A DNA stretch of 64,000 bases from an uncultured Actinomycetota bacterium (lineage in GTDB: Bacteria > Actinomycetota > Actinomycetes > S36-B12 > UBA10799): positions 29,098-93,097 of the forward strand of contig CAVYLN010000002.1 of the NCBI GenBank assembly GCA_963769435.1, read 5' to 3'. Positions within the stretch are counted from its first letter, which is position 1. Every line of letters starts with the position of its first letter. The translations under genes were made by a program, and so were the position numbers. Of this stretch, positions 1-8,915 are shown piece after piece. The notes under the pieces are model-generated. The model ran no database searches. It saw nothing but the letters and a program-made list of their open reading frames with translations, and was not told where the DNA came from.

Positions 1-600
1 CAGAAGCCCTACGAGGTGGAGATCATCGTTGCCGAGGTCGGTCACGACGAGCAGTCGGACCAGATGTATCGACTCACGTTCGACGGCTCTGTCGGTGACG
101 AACACGGCTTCGTCGCCATGGGCGGCGCGGCAGAGGCCATCTCCGCGCAGATGAAGGAGCACTGGCAGCCGGATCTGACTCTCGAGAACGTTCTGCGGAT
201 GGCCGTCGCCGCGCTTTCCGAGCACGGCGGCCAGGGCCCGCGCAGCCTGGATGAGAAGCAACTCGAAGTCGCGGTCCTCGATCGCAACCGGCCACGGCGT
301 TGCTTCCGGCGGCTGGTCGGCCAGGAGTTGTCCACCCTGCTTGAACAGCGAGTAGGAGCGCGCGATGTCACGCAGGATCTTCGGTATCGAGACCGAATAC
401 GGCGTGACCTGCACGTTCCAGGGCCAGCGCCGGCTCTCGCCCGACGAGGTCGCCCGCTACCTCTTCCGGCGAGTGGTGAGCTGGGGTCGCAGCTCGAACG
501 TCTTCCTGCGCAACGGCTCGCGGCTCTACCTCGACGTCGGTTCGCACCCGGAGTATGCGACGGCGGAGTGCGACGACCTGGTCCAGCTCGTCACGCATGA
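1..600 (+). CDS. prcA: proteasome subunit alpha, 5' end cut by the window edge; 3' end uncertain
   Basis: Frame 1 reads [31 protein letters not shown]...[18 protein letters not shown], typical of the PrcA C-terminal half, and lies directly upstream of pafA. After about nt 350 the frame turns Arg/Pro-rich. It runs 236 nt into pafA before the first stop at 598-600. Confidence 0.8.
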   Translation, partial: QKPYEVEIIVAEVGHDEQSDQMYRLTFDGSVGDEHGFVAMGGAAEAISAQMKEHWQPDLTLENVLRMAVAALSEHGGQGPRSLDEKQLEVAVLDRNRPRRCFRRLVGQELSTLLEQRVGARDVTQDLRYRDRIRRDLHVPGPAPALARRGRPLPLPASGELGSQLERLPAQRLAALPRRRFAPGVCDGGVRRPGPARHA

Positions 601-1735
601 CAAGGCAGGCGAGCGGATCCTGGAGGGGCTGCAGGTGGACGCCGAGCAGCGGCTGGCGGGCGAGGGCATCCTCGGCGACATCTACCTGTTCAAGAACAAT
701 ACGGATTCCGCGGGGAACTCCTACGGGTGCCACGAGAACTACCTTGTCGGGCGCCAGGGTGAGTTCTTCCGGTTGGCCGAGGTGCTCATCCCCTTCCTGG
801 TCTCGAGACAGTTGATCTGCGGTGCCGGCAAGGTGCTGCAGACCCCCCGGGGGGCCACATACGCCGTCAGCCAACGGGCAGAACACGTGTGGGAATCGGT
901 GAGCAGCGCCACGACACGCAGTCGCCCGATCATCAACACCCGCGACGAACCACACGCAGACGCCGAGCGATTCCGGCGGCTGCACGTGATCGTCGGCGAC
1001 AGCAACATGAGCGAGACGACGACCCTGCTCAAGGTGGGATCCACGGACCTCGTACTGCGGGTCCTGGAAGCGGGCCTTCCCATGCGCGACCTCACTCTTG
1101 AGAACCCGATCCGAAGCATCCGGGACATCAGTCAGGACCCGACCGGGCGCCGTCTGGTCCGCCTTGCCAGCGGTCGCACGATCAGCGGCCTGGACATGCA
1201 GCGCGAGTACCTCGGCCGGGTATCCGACTACGCGCGCAGCCATGGTCTGCTCGCGGATCCGCACTGCACTGAGTCGCGGGTCGTGGATCTGTGGACGAGG
1301 ACACTGGACGCGATCGAGGCCGACCGCATGCAGGACGTCGCCACAGAGATCGACTGGGTCATCAAACGGACCCTGATCGAGCGATACATGGCCAAGCACG
1401 GCCTCGATCTCACCGATGCCCGCATCTCGCAGCTGGATCTCGCGTACCACGACATCAGCCGCAAGCGCGGCCTGTTCCATCTGCTCTCGTCGCGGGGAAT
1501 GGTCGAGCGGGTCACCAGCGACATCGAGGTGTTCGCCGCCAAGTCGACCCCGCCGCAGACGACGCGAGCGAAGTTGCGGGGTGACTTCATCAAACGGGCG
1601 CAGGAGAAGCGCCGTGACTTCACCGTGGACTGGGTGCATCTCAAACTCAACGACCAGGCACAGCGAACGGTGCTCTGCAAGGATCCGTTCAAGAGCGTCG
1701 ACGAACGGGTCGAAAGGCTCATCGCCTCGATGTGA
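365..1735 (+). CDS. pafA: Pup--protein ligase
   Basis: 456 aa starting [13 protein letters not shown], with the carboxylate-amine ligase fold motifs of PafA/Dop. AGGAG lies 6 nt upstream of the ATG. Sits next to prcA. Confidence 0.95.
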   Translation: MSRRIFGIETEYGVTCTFQGQRRLSPDEVARYLFRRVVSWGRSSNVFLRNGSRLYLDVGSHPEYATAECDDLVQLVTHDKAGERILEGLQVDAEQRLAGEGILGDIYLFKNNTDSAGNSYGCHENYLVGRQGEFFRLAEVLIPFLVSRQLICGAGKVLQTPRGATYAVSQRAEHVWESVSSATTRSRPIINTRDEPHADAERFRRLHVIVGDSNMSETTTLLKVGSTDLVLRVLEAGLPMRDLTLENPIRSIRDISQDPTGRRLVRLASGRTISGLDMQREYLGRVSDYARSHGLLADPHCTESRVVDLWTRTLDAIEADRMQDVATEIDWVIKRTLIERYMAKHGLDLTDARISQLDLAYHDISRKRGLFHLLSSRGMVERVTSDIEVFAAKSTPPQTTRAKLRGDFIKRAQEKRRDFTVDWVHLKLNDQAQRTVLCKDPFKSVDERVERLIASM

Positions 1736-1762
1736 CGCCGGTGCCGGGGGCAGGCTCGTCGG

Positions 1763-2299
1763 TTGGTTAGGGTGAACGGCATGCGTCGACTCCTGTTGGT
1801 TCTGCTCGTCCTGCCCGCCCTGCTGTTGGCCGGGTGTGGGTCGGACTCAGCCGATGATGCGGCTACCTCACCCTCCGCGTCGGCCGCGGAAGGATTCACC
1901 GCAGATGCCGTGACCGTGACGGGTGAGCCGGGCTCCGAGCCCACGGTCACCATCGACACCGCGGCCACCCCTCCGGATCAGTTGGTCGTCGAGGAGATCA
2001 CTTCCGGTGACGGACCAGCGATTGGACCGAACTCGCTGGTGACCGTCCAGTACGTCGGCTCCTCCTGGTCGACCGGGGAGGTCTTCCAGAGTTCGTGGAC
2101 CACCGGCGCCGCGGAGTTCCCCATCAAAGGTGTGATCCCGGGTTGGCAGGAGGGACTACAGGGAGTCACGCAGGGCTCCCGGGTTCTGCTGATCATCCCT
2201 CCGGACCTGGCCTACGGCTCGAACCCTCCTCCGGGCTCTGGCATCGCCGCTGACGAAACCCTGACATTTGTAGTCGACGTGGAGAAGGTGTCCTCATGA
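1763..2299 (+). CDS. FKBP-type peptidyl-prolyl isomerase, predicted lipoprotein
   Basis: Signal peptide with lipobox LLAGCGS, a low-complexity linker, then an FKBP domain (VQYVG...GVIPGWQEGLQGV..GSRVLLIIPPDLAYG). The true start may be the internal Met at 1781. Confidence 0.85.
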   Translation: MVRVNGMRRLLLVLLVLPALLLAGCGSDSADDAATSPSASAAEGFTADAVTVTGEPGSEPTVTIDTAATPPDQLVVEEITSGDGPAIGPNSLVTVQYVGSSWSTGEVFQSSWTTGAAEFPIKGVIPGWQEGLQGVTQGSRVLLIIPPDLAYGSNPPPGSGIAADETLTFVVDVEKVSS

Positions 2300-2652
2300 C
2301 GGAAAAGCCCGAGATCGATTTCCAGGACGGCCCCGCGCCCACAGAACTGGTGATCACCGACCTGATCGTCGGGGACGGGGCGCAGGCTCAGCCCGGTGGC
2401 ACGGTGACCGTGCACTACGTCGGGGTGGAGTACGACAGCGGGGAGCAGTTCGACGCCTCATGGGACCGGGGTGAGCCCATCGAGTTCCCTCTGCGCGGTT
2501 TGATCCAGGGCTGGCAGGACGGAATCCCGGGGATGCGCGTCGGTGGGCGTCGGCAGTTGGTGATCCCGCCGGCACTTGCCTACGGGGAGTCCGGGGGACA
2601 CCGCCTGTCCGGCAAGACCCTGATCTTCGTGATCGATCTGCTGAACGCATAG
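2296..2652 (+). CDS. FKBP-type peptidyl-prolyl isomerase (cytosolic)
   Basis: 118 aa with VHYVGV...GLIQGWQDGIPGMRVGGRRQLVIPPALAYG. ATGA start/stop overlap with the upstream FKBP gene. Confidence 0.9.
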   Translation: MTEKPEIDFQDGPAPTELVITDLIVGDGAQAQPGGTVTVHYVGVEYDSGEQFDASWDRGEPIEFPLRGLIQGWQDGIPGMRVGGRRQLVIPPALAYGESGGHRLSGKTLIFVIDLLNA

Positions 2653-2653
2653 G

Positions 2654-2695
2654 GTCACCCGTTCAGGTGACATCGGCTACGCAGCGTAGTCGATG
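2654..2695 (+). terminator. two adjacent stem-loops, the second a 25-bp near-perfect palindrome, just after the FKBP stop
   Basis: GTCACC-cgttca-GGTGAC at 2654-2671. Then CATCGGCTACGC-A-GCGTAGTCGATG at 2671-2695, with 11 of 12 arm positions complementary. No U-tract follows. Could be a terminator or an operator. Confidence 0.3.
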
Positions 2696-2778
2696 TCTCT
2701 ACGACAGGACACCGCCCTCAACTTCGAGCATTCTCCTGCCGAAGGCATTAACACCGATAGCCGAGGGAGGCGAGGACG

Positions 2779-3096
2779 ATGACCACGATCAAGGCGACCT
2801 GCCCGATGTGCGGGGATGTCGATCTCACCCCCGCTCAGGTGCGTCTGACAGTCGCGGCCGCCGCGGGATGGGCGACGTACACATTCAAGTGTGTCTCCTG
2901 CCACGACCTGATCGAGAAGGCCGCCGACGACGAGGTCGTTGCCCTGCTGTCCAGCGCCGGGGTACTGGTCGACAACGTGCCCGGCGAGGTGCTGGAGTCC
3001 CACTTCGGTCGCCCCATCTCGTACGACGACGTGCTCGATCTTGCCCTCTGGCTTGAGAGCCACGACGTCATCGTGCCGCACCTGGTCATGCACTGA
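2779..3096 (+). CDS. hypothetical small protein with a 4-Cys (CxxC...CxxC) zinc-ribbon-like N-terminus
   Basis: 105-aa ORF MTTIKATCPMCGDVDL...FKCVSCHDLIEK with an acidic C-terminal half. GGGAGG lies about 10 nt upstream of the ATG. GC3-rich coding look. No family recognised. Confidence 0.6.
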   Translation: MTTIKATCPMCGDVDLTPAQVRLTVAAAAGWATYTFKCVSCHDLIEKAADDEVVALLSSAGVLVDNVPGEVLESHFGRPISYDDVLDLALWLESHDVIVPHLVMH

Positions 3097-3156
3097 GGGT
3101 CGCGGAATATGGCGCGGGCGGTGTTCCCGGGGCCATCGACGTCGTAGTGTGTACTT

Positions 3157-3441
3157 ATGTTTTCCAACCTCCGCGGTTCCGAGTGGCTCATTCTGATCCT
3201 CGTCATCGTGCTGCTCTTCGGCGCGCGGCGCCTGCCTGACGCAGCGCGGGGGTTGGGGAGGTCACTGCGCATCTTCAAGGCAGAGACCAAGGGTTTGACC
3301 GATTCCCAGCCCGACGAGCAGACTCCGGCCGCAGAGCCGAAGGCCGTCGACGACGCGCCCGCCGAGCCCACACAGCCTGCCCCTCCCGCGCCCGGGCAGT
3401 CCGAGTCGCAGGCGAGCAAGCAGACTCCTACCCAGCCCTGA
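3157..3441 (+). CDS. tatA: twin-arginine translocase subunit TatA
   Basis: [43 protein letters not shown] followed by a Pro/Ala/Gln-rich tail. Confidence 0.9.
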   Translation: MFSNLRGSEWLILILVIVLLFGARRLPDAARGLGRSLRIFKAETKGLTDSQPDEQTPAAEPKAVDDAPAEPTQPAPPAPGQSESQASKQTPTQP

Positions 3442-3444
3442 TCC

Positions 3445-4296
3445 ATGTCAGCGTCGGTCCAACACGCACGGGCGCAGATGCCTCTGCGGGACCATCTGCG
3501 CGAATTACGGCGGCGACTTGTCGTCAGCCTCATCGCCATCGCGGCCGGCACCGCCGTCGGCTGGATCTGGTACGAGCCGATCTTCGACGTCATCTCCGAA
3601 CCCATCCAGGACGTCGTGGACGCGGCGGCCGCCCAGGGCCGCGATGTTCGGCTGGTCGTGTCCGGGGTCACCGATGCGTTCATGTTGCAGGTGAAGGTCG
3701 CGGTGATGGCGGGCCTCGTGCTGGCCTCCCCGGTATGGATCTATCAACTGTGGGCGTTCGTGACGCCCGGACTGCACGCCAAAGAGCGGCGCTGGGTCTA
3801 TCTGTTCGTCGTCATCAGCGTTCCGCTGTTCCTGTCCGGTGTGCTCCTGGCCTACGTGCTGATGCCGAAGGGCCTCGAGGTCCTGCTGGGCTTCACCCCT
3901 CAGAACGTCGGCAACTACCTGCCCGTCGATCGATACCTGTCCTTCTTCATCAGGATGATCATCGTCTTCGGCATCGGATTCCTCACACCCTTGTTCATCG
4001 TCGGCCTGAACATGATCGGCGTCCTCAGTGGCAAGCGACTGGCCAGCGCGTGGCGATACATCATTTTCGGCGTGTTCGTCTTCGCGGCCGTCGCGACCCC
4101 CACCGGGGACCCGATCACCATGATGATGCTGGCCGCTCCGGTGATGGTTCTTGTCGGCGGCGCGGTCGCCTTCAGCCTTCTGAACGACCGGCGCCGCCGC
4201 CGCAACGGCTCGGAACCGGACTACGAATCGTTCGACGACGACGAGGTTTCACCACTGCCGGAGTCGATCGACCCGGAGGGTTCGGATCACCGATAG
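3445..4296 (+). CDS. tatC: twin-arginine translocase subunit TatC
   Basis: 283 aa. MPLRDHLRELRRRL opening and six predicted TM segments. Lies 3 nt after tatA. Confidence 0.95.
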   Translation: MSASVQHARAQMPLRDHLRELRRRLVVSLIAIAAGTAVGWIWYEPIFDVISEPIQDVVDAAAAQGRDVRLVVSGVTDAFMLQVKVAVMAGLVLASPVWIYQLWAFVTPGLHAKERRWVYLFVVISVPLFLSGVLLAYVLMPKGLEVLLGFTPQNVGNYLPVDRYLSFFIRMIIVFGIGFLTPLFIVGLNMIGVLSGKRLASAWRYIIFGVFVFAAVATPTGDPITMMMLAAPVMVLVGGAVAFSLLNDRRRRRNGSEPDYESFDDDEVSPLPESIDPEGSDHR

Positions 4297-4305
4297 CGTG
4301 ACCGT

Positions 4306-5199
4306 GTGCGCAGAGCAGCAGTTCTGGTGAATCCCACGTCCGGGCGGGGCCGGAGCGCCCGCAATGCTCCTGCCGCGATTGCAAGGCTGCGGGAACGGGA
4401 CCTCGACGTCGTCGTGATCGAGGCCGGCAGTGCGGCCGAGAGTCTGCAGTTGGCGCGGCGGGCCGTTGCCGACGGTGTGGAGGCGCTCGTGGCATGCGGT
4501 GGGGACGGCACCGTGCACCTGGCGCTGCAGGCCGTGTACGGCACCGACACGGCGCTGGGCATCATCCCCGTGGGGACCGGCGACGACATCGCACGTGCCC
4601 TGGACCTACCCCGCGATGACGTGAAGGCAGCGGCGGATGTGGTCGCCGACGGACTCACCCGGACCGTGGACTACGCCGTGATCGACGCCGCCGACGGCAC
4701 GCAGGCGGCGTTCCTCGCCGTGATGAGCGCGGGCTTCGACTCGGACGTGACCGAACGCGCGAACACGATGAGCTGGCCCACCGGTCCTGCCCGCTACCTC
4801 CTGGCGACGTTCGCCGAGTTGCGCGTGTTCAAGCCGGCGCGGTTCACGATCACGGTGGACGGTCAGGTCACTGTCGGTGATGGGATGATGCTGGCCATCG
4901 GCAACGGCCCGAGTTACGGCGGTGGCATGTACGTCTGTCCATCGGCCACAATCGACGACGGCATCCTGGATCTCACCTTCCTCACCAGGACCAGCAAGTT
5001 CACTTTCCTCAGGATCTTCCCGCGAGTGTTCAAGGGCACCCACGTCGACCACCCGACGGTGCAAGTGCGCAAGGGCAGGACGATCCGTATCGAGGCAGCG
5101 GACCAGACGGCGTATGCGGATGGGGAGAGGGTCGGGCCTCTGCCCGTGGACGTGAAAGTGGTGCCGAGGGGTTTGCGGGTCTTCGCCCCGCCCGTGTAG
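4306..5199 (+). CDS. diacylglycerol/lipid kinase family protein
   Basis: VLVNPTSGRGR...ACGGDGTV...IIPVGTGDDIARAL, the DAGK catalytic-domain signature. Confidence 0.85.
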   Translation: MRRAAVLVNPTSGRGRSARNAPAAIARLRERDLDVVVIEAGSAAESLQLARRAVADGVEALVACGGDGTVHLALQAVYGTDTALGIIPVGTGDDIARALDLPRDDVKAAADVVADGLTRTVDYAVIDAADGTQAAFLAVMSAGFDSDVTERANTMSWPTGPARYLLATFAELRVFKPARFTITVDGQVTVGDGMMLAIGNGPSYGGGMYVCPSATIDDGILDLTFLTRTSKFTFLRIFPRVFKGTHVDHPTVQVRKGRTIRIEAADQTAYADGERVGPLPVDVKVVPRGLRVFAPPV

Positions 5200-5215
5200 C
5201 CCGTAGTCTGCAGAT

Positions 5216-7945
5216 ATGTCAACGCCCGCGCAGCGATACTCGGCTGCCCGTCGACGCTCCCGCGACAGTCAGCACCTCTCCGCGTTCATGCAACGCTACG
5301 ATTTCGCGCTCGATGCGTTCCAGATCGAGGCGTGCCAGGCTCTTGATGCCGGCCGCGATGTTCTCGTCGCGGCACCGACCGGCAGTGGCAAGACGGTCGT
5401 GGGTGAGTTCGCCATTCATCTTGCCGCCGCAACCGGTCGCAAGGCCTTCTACACGACTCCGATCAAGGCGCTGTCGAACCAGAAGTATCGGGATCTCTGC
5501 GCGGAGTACGGGGAGCAGAACGTGGGGCTGCTGACCGGTGACGTGTCGATCAACGGCCACGCCTCGACCGTCGTGATGACCACCGAGGTGCTGCGCAACA
5601 TGGTGTACGAGTCGTCGCCGGACCTGGCCGGCCTCGGGTACGTCGTCCTCGATGAGGTGCACTACCTGGCCGACCGTGAGCGTGGGGCGGTTTGGGAGGA
5701 GTTGATCATCCAACTCCCGGAGTCGGTTGCGATCGCCGCTCTGTCGGCGACCGTAAGCAACGTGGAGGAGTTCGGGGCCTGGATGGCCACCGTTCGCGGT
5801 GACACGCAGATCGTGCTGGAGGAGCACAGGCCGGTCCCGTTGTGGCAGCACGTCATGGCCAACGCGAAACTCTACGACCTGTTCAGTGATGCCGAGCGGC
5901 AACAGGTGAACCCGGAACTGCAACGCCTCACTGCGCAGGGTCCCCGAGACTCGCGCGGCAACCGGGGACAGTGGCGGGATCGGCCGCCGAAGAACGGCCG
6001 CCGCTCGCGTGCGGCACGAACCCCGTCACGGGTCGAGGTCGTGGAGCGACTGGAGGCCGCCGATCTTCTGCCCGCCATCTACTTCATCTTCTCCCGTGCG
6101 GGCACCCAGGACGCGGTCAGCCTGCTGGCGAACAGCGGCATCCGCCTGACCTCGCCCGAAGAACGGCAGTACATAGCGCGGGTGGTGGAGGACCGTTGTT
6201 CGGTGATTCCGGAGGCCGACCTGCTGGCTGTGGGTTTCAGCGAGTTCAGCGATTCCCTGCAGCGAGGGATCGCAGCGCACCACGCGGGCATGCTGCCCAT
6301 CTTCAAGGAAGTCGTCGAGGAGTTGTTCCAGGCCGGTGTTCTGAAGGTCGTCTTCGCGACGGAGACGCTCGCCTTGGGCATCAACATGCCGGCACGGACG
6401 GTCGTGCTGGAGCGCCTGGTCAAGTGGAACGGTCAGACACACGCGGACATCACGCCGGGGGAGTACACCCAGCTCACAGGCCGGGCGGGGCGCCGCGGGA
6501 TCGACGTCGAGGGCCATGCGGTGGTGCTGTTCGGGCCCAGTGTCCAGCCGACCCATTTGGCCGGCCTCGCCTCGACGCGCACCTACCCGCTTCGCTCCTC
6601 GTTCCGGCCGACCTACAACATGGCGGTGAATCTGGTCAGGAGGGTGGGAAGGCGGATCGCCCGCGAGATCCTGGAGACCTCTTTCGCCCAGTATCAGAGT
6701 GACCAGTCGGTGGTGGGCCTGGCGTCCACGATCAAGCGCAACGAGGCGGTCATCGCGGGATACGAGGAGTCGATGCACTGCCACCTCGGTGACTTCGGCG
6801 AGTACGCGGCCATACGTCAAGAACTCTCGGCTCTGGAGAAGACGAGTTCCAGGGAGTCGGCCCGGCTGACCAGGTCGCACGCCGCGCAGTCATTGGAGAA
6901 GCTGGTCCCCGGTGATGTGATCTCGATACCCACCGGACGACGTGCCGGGCTGGCGGTCGTGGTGGAGACCGGACTGGACGAGCAAGGCGATCCCCGGCCG
7001 CAGGTGTTGACGGTCGATCGCCAGGTGCGACGGCTGAACGTCGCTGACTTCACGGCACCGGCGGTGGTCGTGGACCGCATCCGCATCCCGAACGACTTCC
7101 ACCCCCGCAGCGCCAACGCCCGCAAGCAACTGTCCGGCCGGCTACGCGAGTTGAGCGGCAGACACACTCACGTGCGCCCGCCGCGGGTTCGCGACAGCGG
7201 TAACGACGTGCAGATCCAACGACTGCGGGCACGCCTGCGCAAGCATCCGTGCCACGGCTGCAACGACCGCGAACTGCACGCCCGGTGGGCCGAGCGCGCC
7301 GCCAAGTTGCAGCGCGAGAACGACAACCTGTCGCGGAGGGTGGAGGGCAGGACCAACACCATCGCTCGCCAGTTCGATCAGATCTGCGCGGTGTTGGTGG
7401 AACTCGGCTACCTCGACGCTGAAGGGGACGAGTTGGTCGTGACTCCAGCCGGGGAGATGCTCGGACGGCTCTACACCGATCGTTCCCTGGTGATCGCCCA
7501 GTGCTTGCGAAACGGTCTGTGGTCGCAGTTGTCGCCCCCGGAGTTGGCCTCCTGCGCAGCCGCCCTGGTGTTCCAGTCACGTACCGACGAGGAGCAGATG
7601 CCGCGGCTACCCCGCGGTTCCGTGCGTGACGTACTTGCCGAGCAGGTGCATCTGTGGGCGTCCATCGAGGCACTGGAGACCGAGTTCAAGGTGAAGCCCA
7701 CTCCGGAACCTGACATGGGTTTCTGCTGGGCGGCGTACGCCTGGGCCAACGGTCAGGATCTGGGTTCCGTGCTGAACGGAAGCGATCTGCCCGCCGGGGA
7801 CTTCGTGCGCTGGTGCAAGCAGGTCATCGACACCCTCGGACAGGTGGCCAGCGCTGCGTCCGCGGACGATCCGGTCCGCGAGACCGCACGTTCGGCAGCC
7901 GACCTGCTGCGACGCGGCGTGGTCGACTACTCCTCGGAGATCTAG
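5216..7945 (+). CDS. helY: Ski2-like DEAD/DEAH-box RNA helicase HelY
   Basis: 909 aa with AAPTGSGKT, DEVH, SAT and HHAGMLP motifs and a C-terminal DSHCT-like region. Conserved position after tatAC. Confidence 0.9.
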   Translation: MSTPAQRYSAARRRSRDSQHLSAFMQRYDFALDAFQIEACQALDAGRDVLVAAPTGSGKTVVGEFAIHLAAATGRKAFYTTPIKALSNQKYRDLCAEYGEQNVGLLTGDVSINGHASTVVMTTEVLRNMVYESSPDLAGLGYVVLDEVHYLADRERGAVWEELIIQLPESVAIAALSATVSNVEEFGAWMATVRGDTQIVLEEHRPVPLWQHVMANAKLYDLFSDAERQQVNPELQRLTAQGPRDSRGNRGQWRDRPPKNGRRSRAARTPSRVEVVERLEAADLLPAIYFIFSRAGTQDAVSLLANSGIRLTSPEERQYIARVVEDRCSVIPEADLLAVGFSEFSDSLQRGIAAHHAGMLPIFKEVVEELFQAGVLKVVFATETLALGINMPARTVVLERLVKWNGQTHADITPGEYTQLTGRAGRRGIDVEGHAVVLFGPSVQPTHLAGLASTRTYPLRSSFRPTYNMAVNLVRRVGRRIAREILETSFAQYQSDQSVVGLASTIKRNEAVIAGYEESMHCHLGDFGEYAAIRQELSALEKTSSRESARLTRSHAAQSLEKLVPGDVISIPTGRRAGLAVVVETGLDEQGDPRPQVLTVDRQVRRLNVADFTAPAVVVDRIRIPNDFHPRSANARKQLSGRLRELSGRHTHVRPPRVRDSGNDVQIQRLRARLRKHPCHGCNDRELHARWAERAAKLQRENDNLSRRVEGRTNTIARQFDQICAVLVELGYLDAEGDELVVTPAGEMLGRLYTDRSLVIAQCLRNGLWSQLSPPELASCAAALVFQSRTDEEQMPRLPRGSVRDVLAEQVHLWASIEALETEFKVKPTPEPDMGFCWAAYAWANGQDLGSVLNGSDLPAGDFVRWCKQVIDTLGQVASAASADDPVRETARSAADLLRRGVVDYSSEI

Positions 7946-7990
7946 GTTCCCAGTCGCGGCAGGTTCCTCGTCAGTGACCGTGCGCCTGCG

Positions 7991-8881
7991 TCAGTCGCGG
8001 GTCCGCAGAGCACGCAGGGCCCGCTCGACCGAGTTCCGGATCCCGAACTCCTCGCCGATCGCTGTCAGCAACGGCAGATCGGGATCGGCGAATCGCGTGG
8101 GCGCCGGTGGGACAGGCAGGTCGGTCACCACGCGCACCACGGTCGGGGCGCGGTCCAGGTAGTCGGCGCTGGCGCGCAACGAGACGCGGATCCGGGGCGC
8201 CAGACCACTGTTCAAGTCGTCAACCGCAGCCCGCACCCCGGACAGGTCCCCGAACTTGCGCAGCAGCGAAGCCGCCGTCTTCTCCCCGACGCCGGGCACG
8301 CCCGGCAGGCCGTCACTCGGATCACCGCGCAAGGTCGCCATGTCGGCGTACTGATCCGGTCTGACACCGTACTTCCCGAGCACGAAAGCCTCATCGACGA
8401 TCTGCATCTTCGCGATCCCCCGGGCGGTGTACAGCACACGCACAGCGCTGGTGTCGTCCACGAGCTGGAAGAGGTCGCGGTCGCCGGTGACGACGTCGAC
8501 GGGTCCGGGAGCAGTCGTCGCGTAGGTCCCGATCACGTCATCTGCCTCGTATCCCGGTACCCCCACGCGTGGTATCCCAAGACCGACCAGAAGTGCCTCG
8601 ATCAGGGGGAGTTGCTCCTCCAACGCGTCCGGAACATCCTCCTGGTCCGCGCTGGCCACCCGGTGCTCCTTGTAACTGGGCAGCAGCGACACCCGGAACT
8701 GCGGGCGCCAATCGTCGTCCCAACACGCGATGACCGACTGCGGGGAGTACTCCCGGATCAGGCGCGCGATCATGTCGATCAGTCCGCTTGCGGCGTTCGT
8801 CGGGGGCGCATCGGGCGAACGGCGGCGGTCAGGCACTCCGTAGAAGGCCCTGAAGTACAACGAGGCGGTATCCAGCAGCAT
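7991..8881 (-). CDS. 5'-3' exonuclease (Pol I N-terminal-like, FEN family)
   Basis: MLLDTASLYFRAFYG...GYEADDVIGT...VTGDRDLFQLV...GVPGVGEKTAA. The ORF extends to 8944. I prefer Met22 (8881), which removes the overlap with the divergent M24 gene. Confidence 0.85.
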   Translation of the reverse strand: MLLDTASLYFRAFYGVPDRRRSPDAPPTNAASGLIDMIARLIREYSPQSVIACWDDDWRPQFRVSLLPSYKEHRVASADQEDVPDALEEQLPLIEALLVGLGIPRVGVPGYEADDVIGTYATTAPGPVDVVTGDRDLFQLVDDTSAVRVLYTARGIAKMQIVDEAFVLGKYGVRPDQYADMATLRGDPSDGLPGVPGVGEKTAASLLRKFGDLSGVRAAVDDLNSGLAPRIRVSLRASADYLDRAPTVVRVVTDLPVPPAPTRFADPDLPLLTAIGEEFGIRNSVERALRALRTRD

Positions 8882-8915
8882 CAAGGGGCGTGGCACAGGC
8901 AGTAGTCTCGCAGGC

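Noticed and set aside
368-1639. 423-aa ORF antisense to pafA. Similar long antisense or out-of-frame ORFs occur elsewhere, for example 30676-32163 opposite the acyl-CoA ligase, 57983-59974 (663 aa) opposite cphA, and 41859-42833 inside hutU.
   Set aside because: Their translations are Arg/Pro/Gly/Ala-rich with no motifs, and each lies opposite a gene with clear family signatures. Such stop-free shadow frames are expected in GC-rich DNA.
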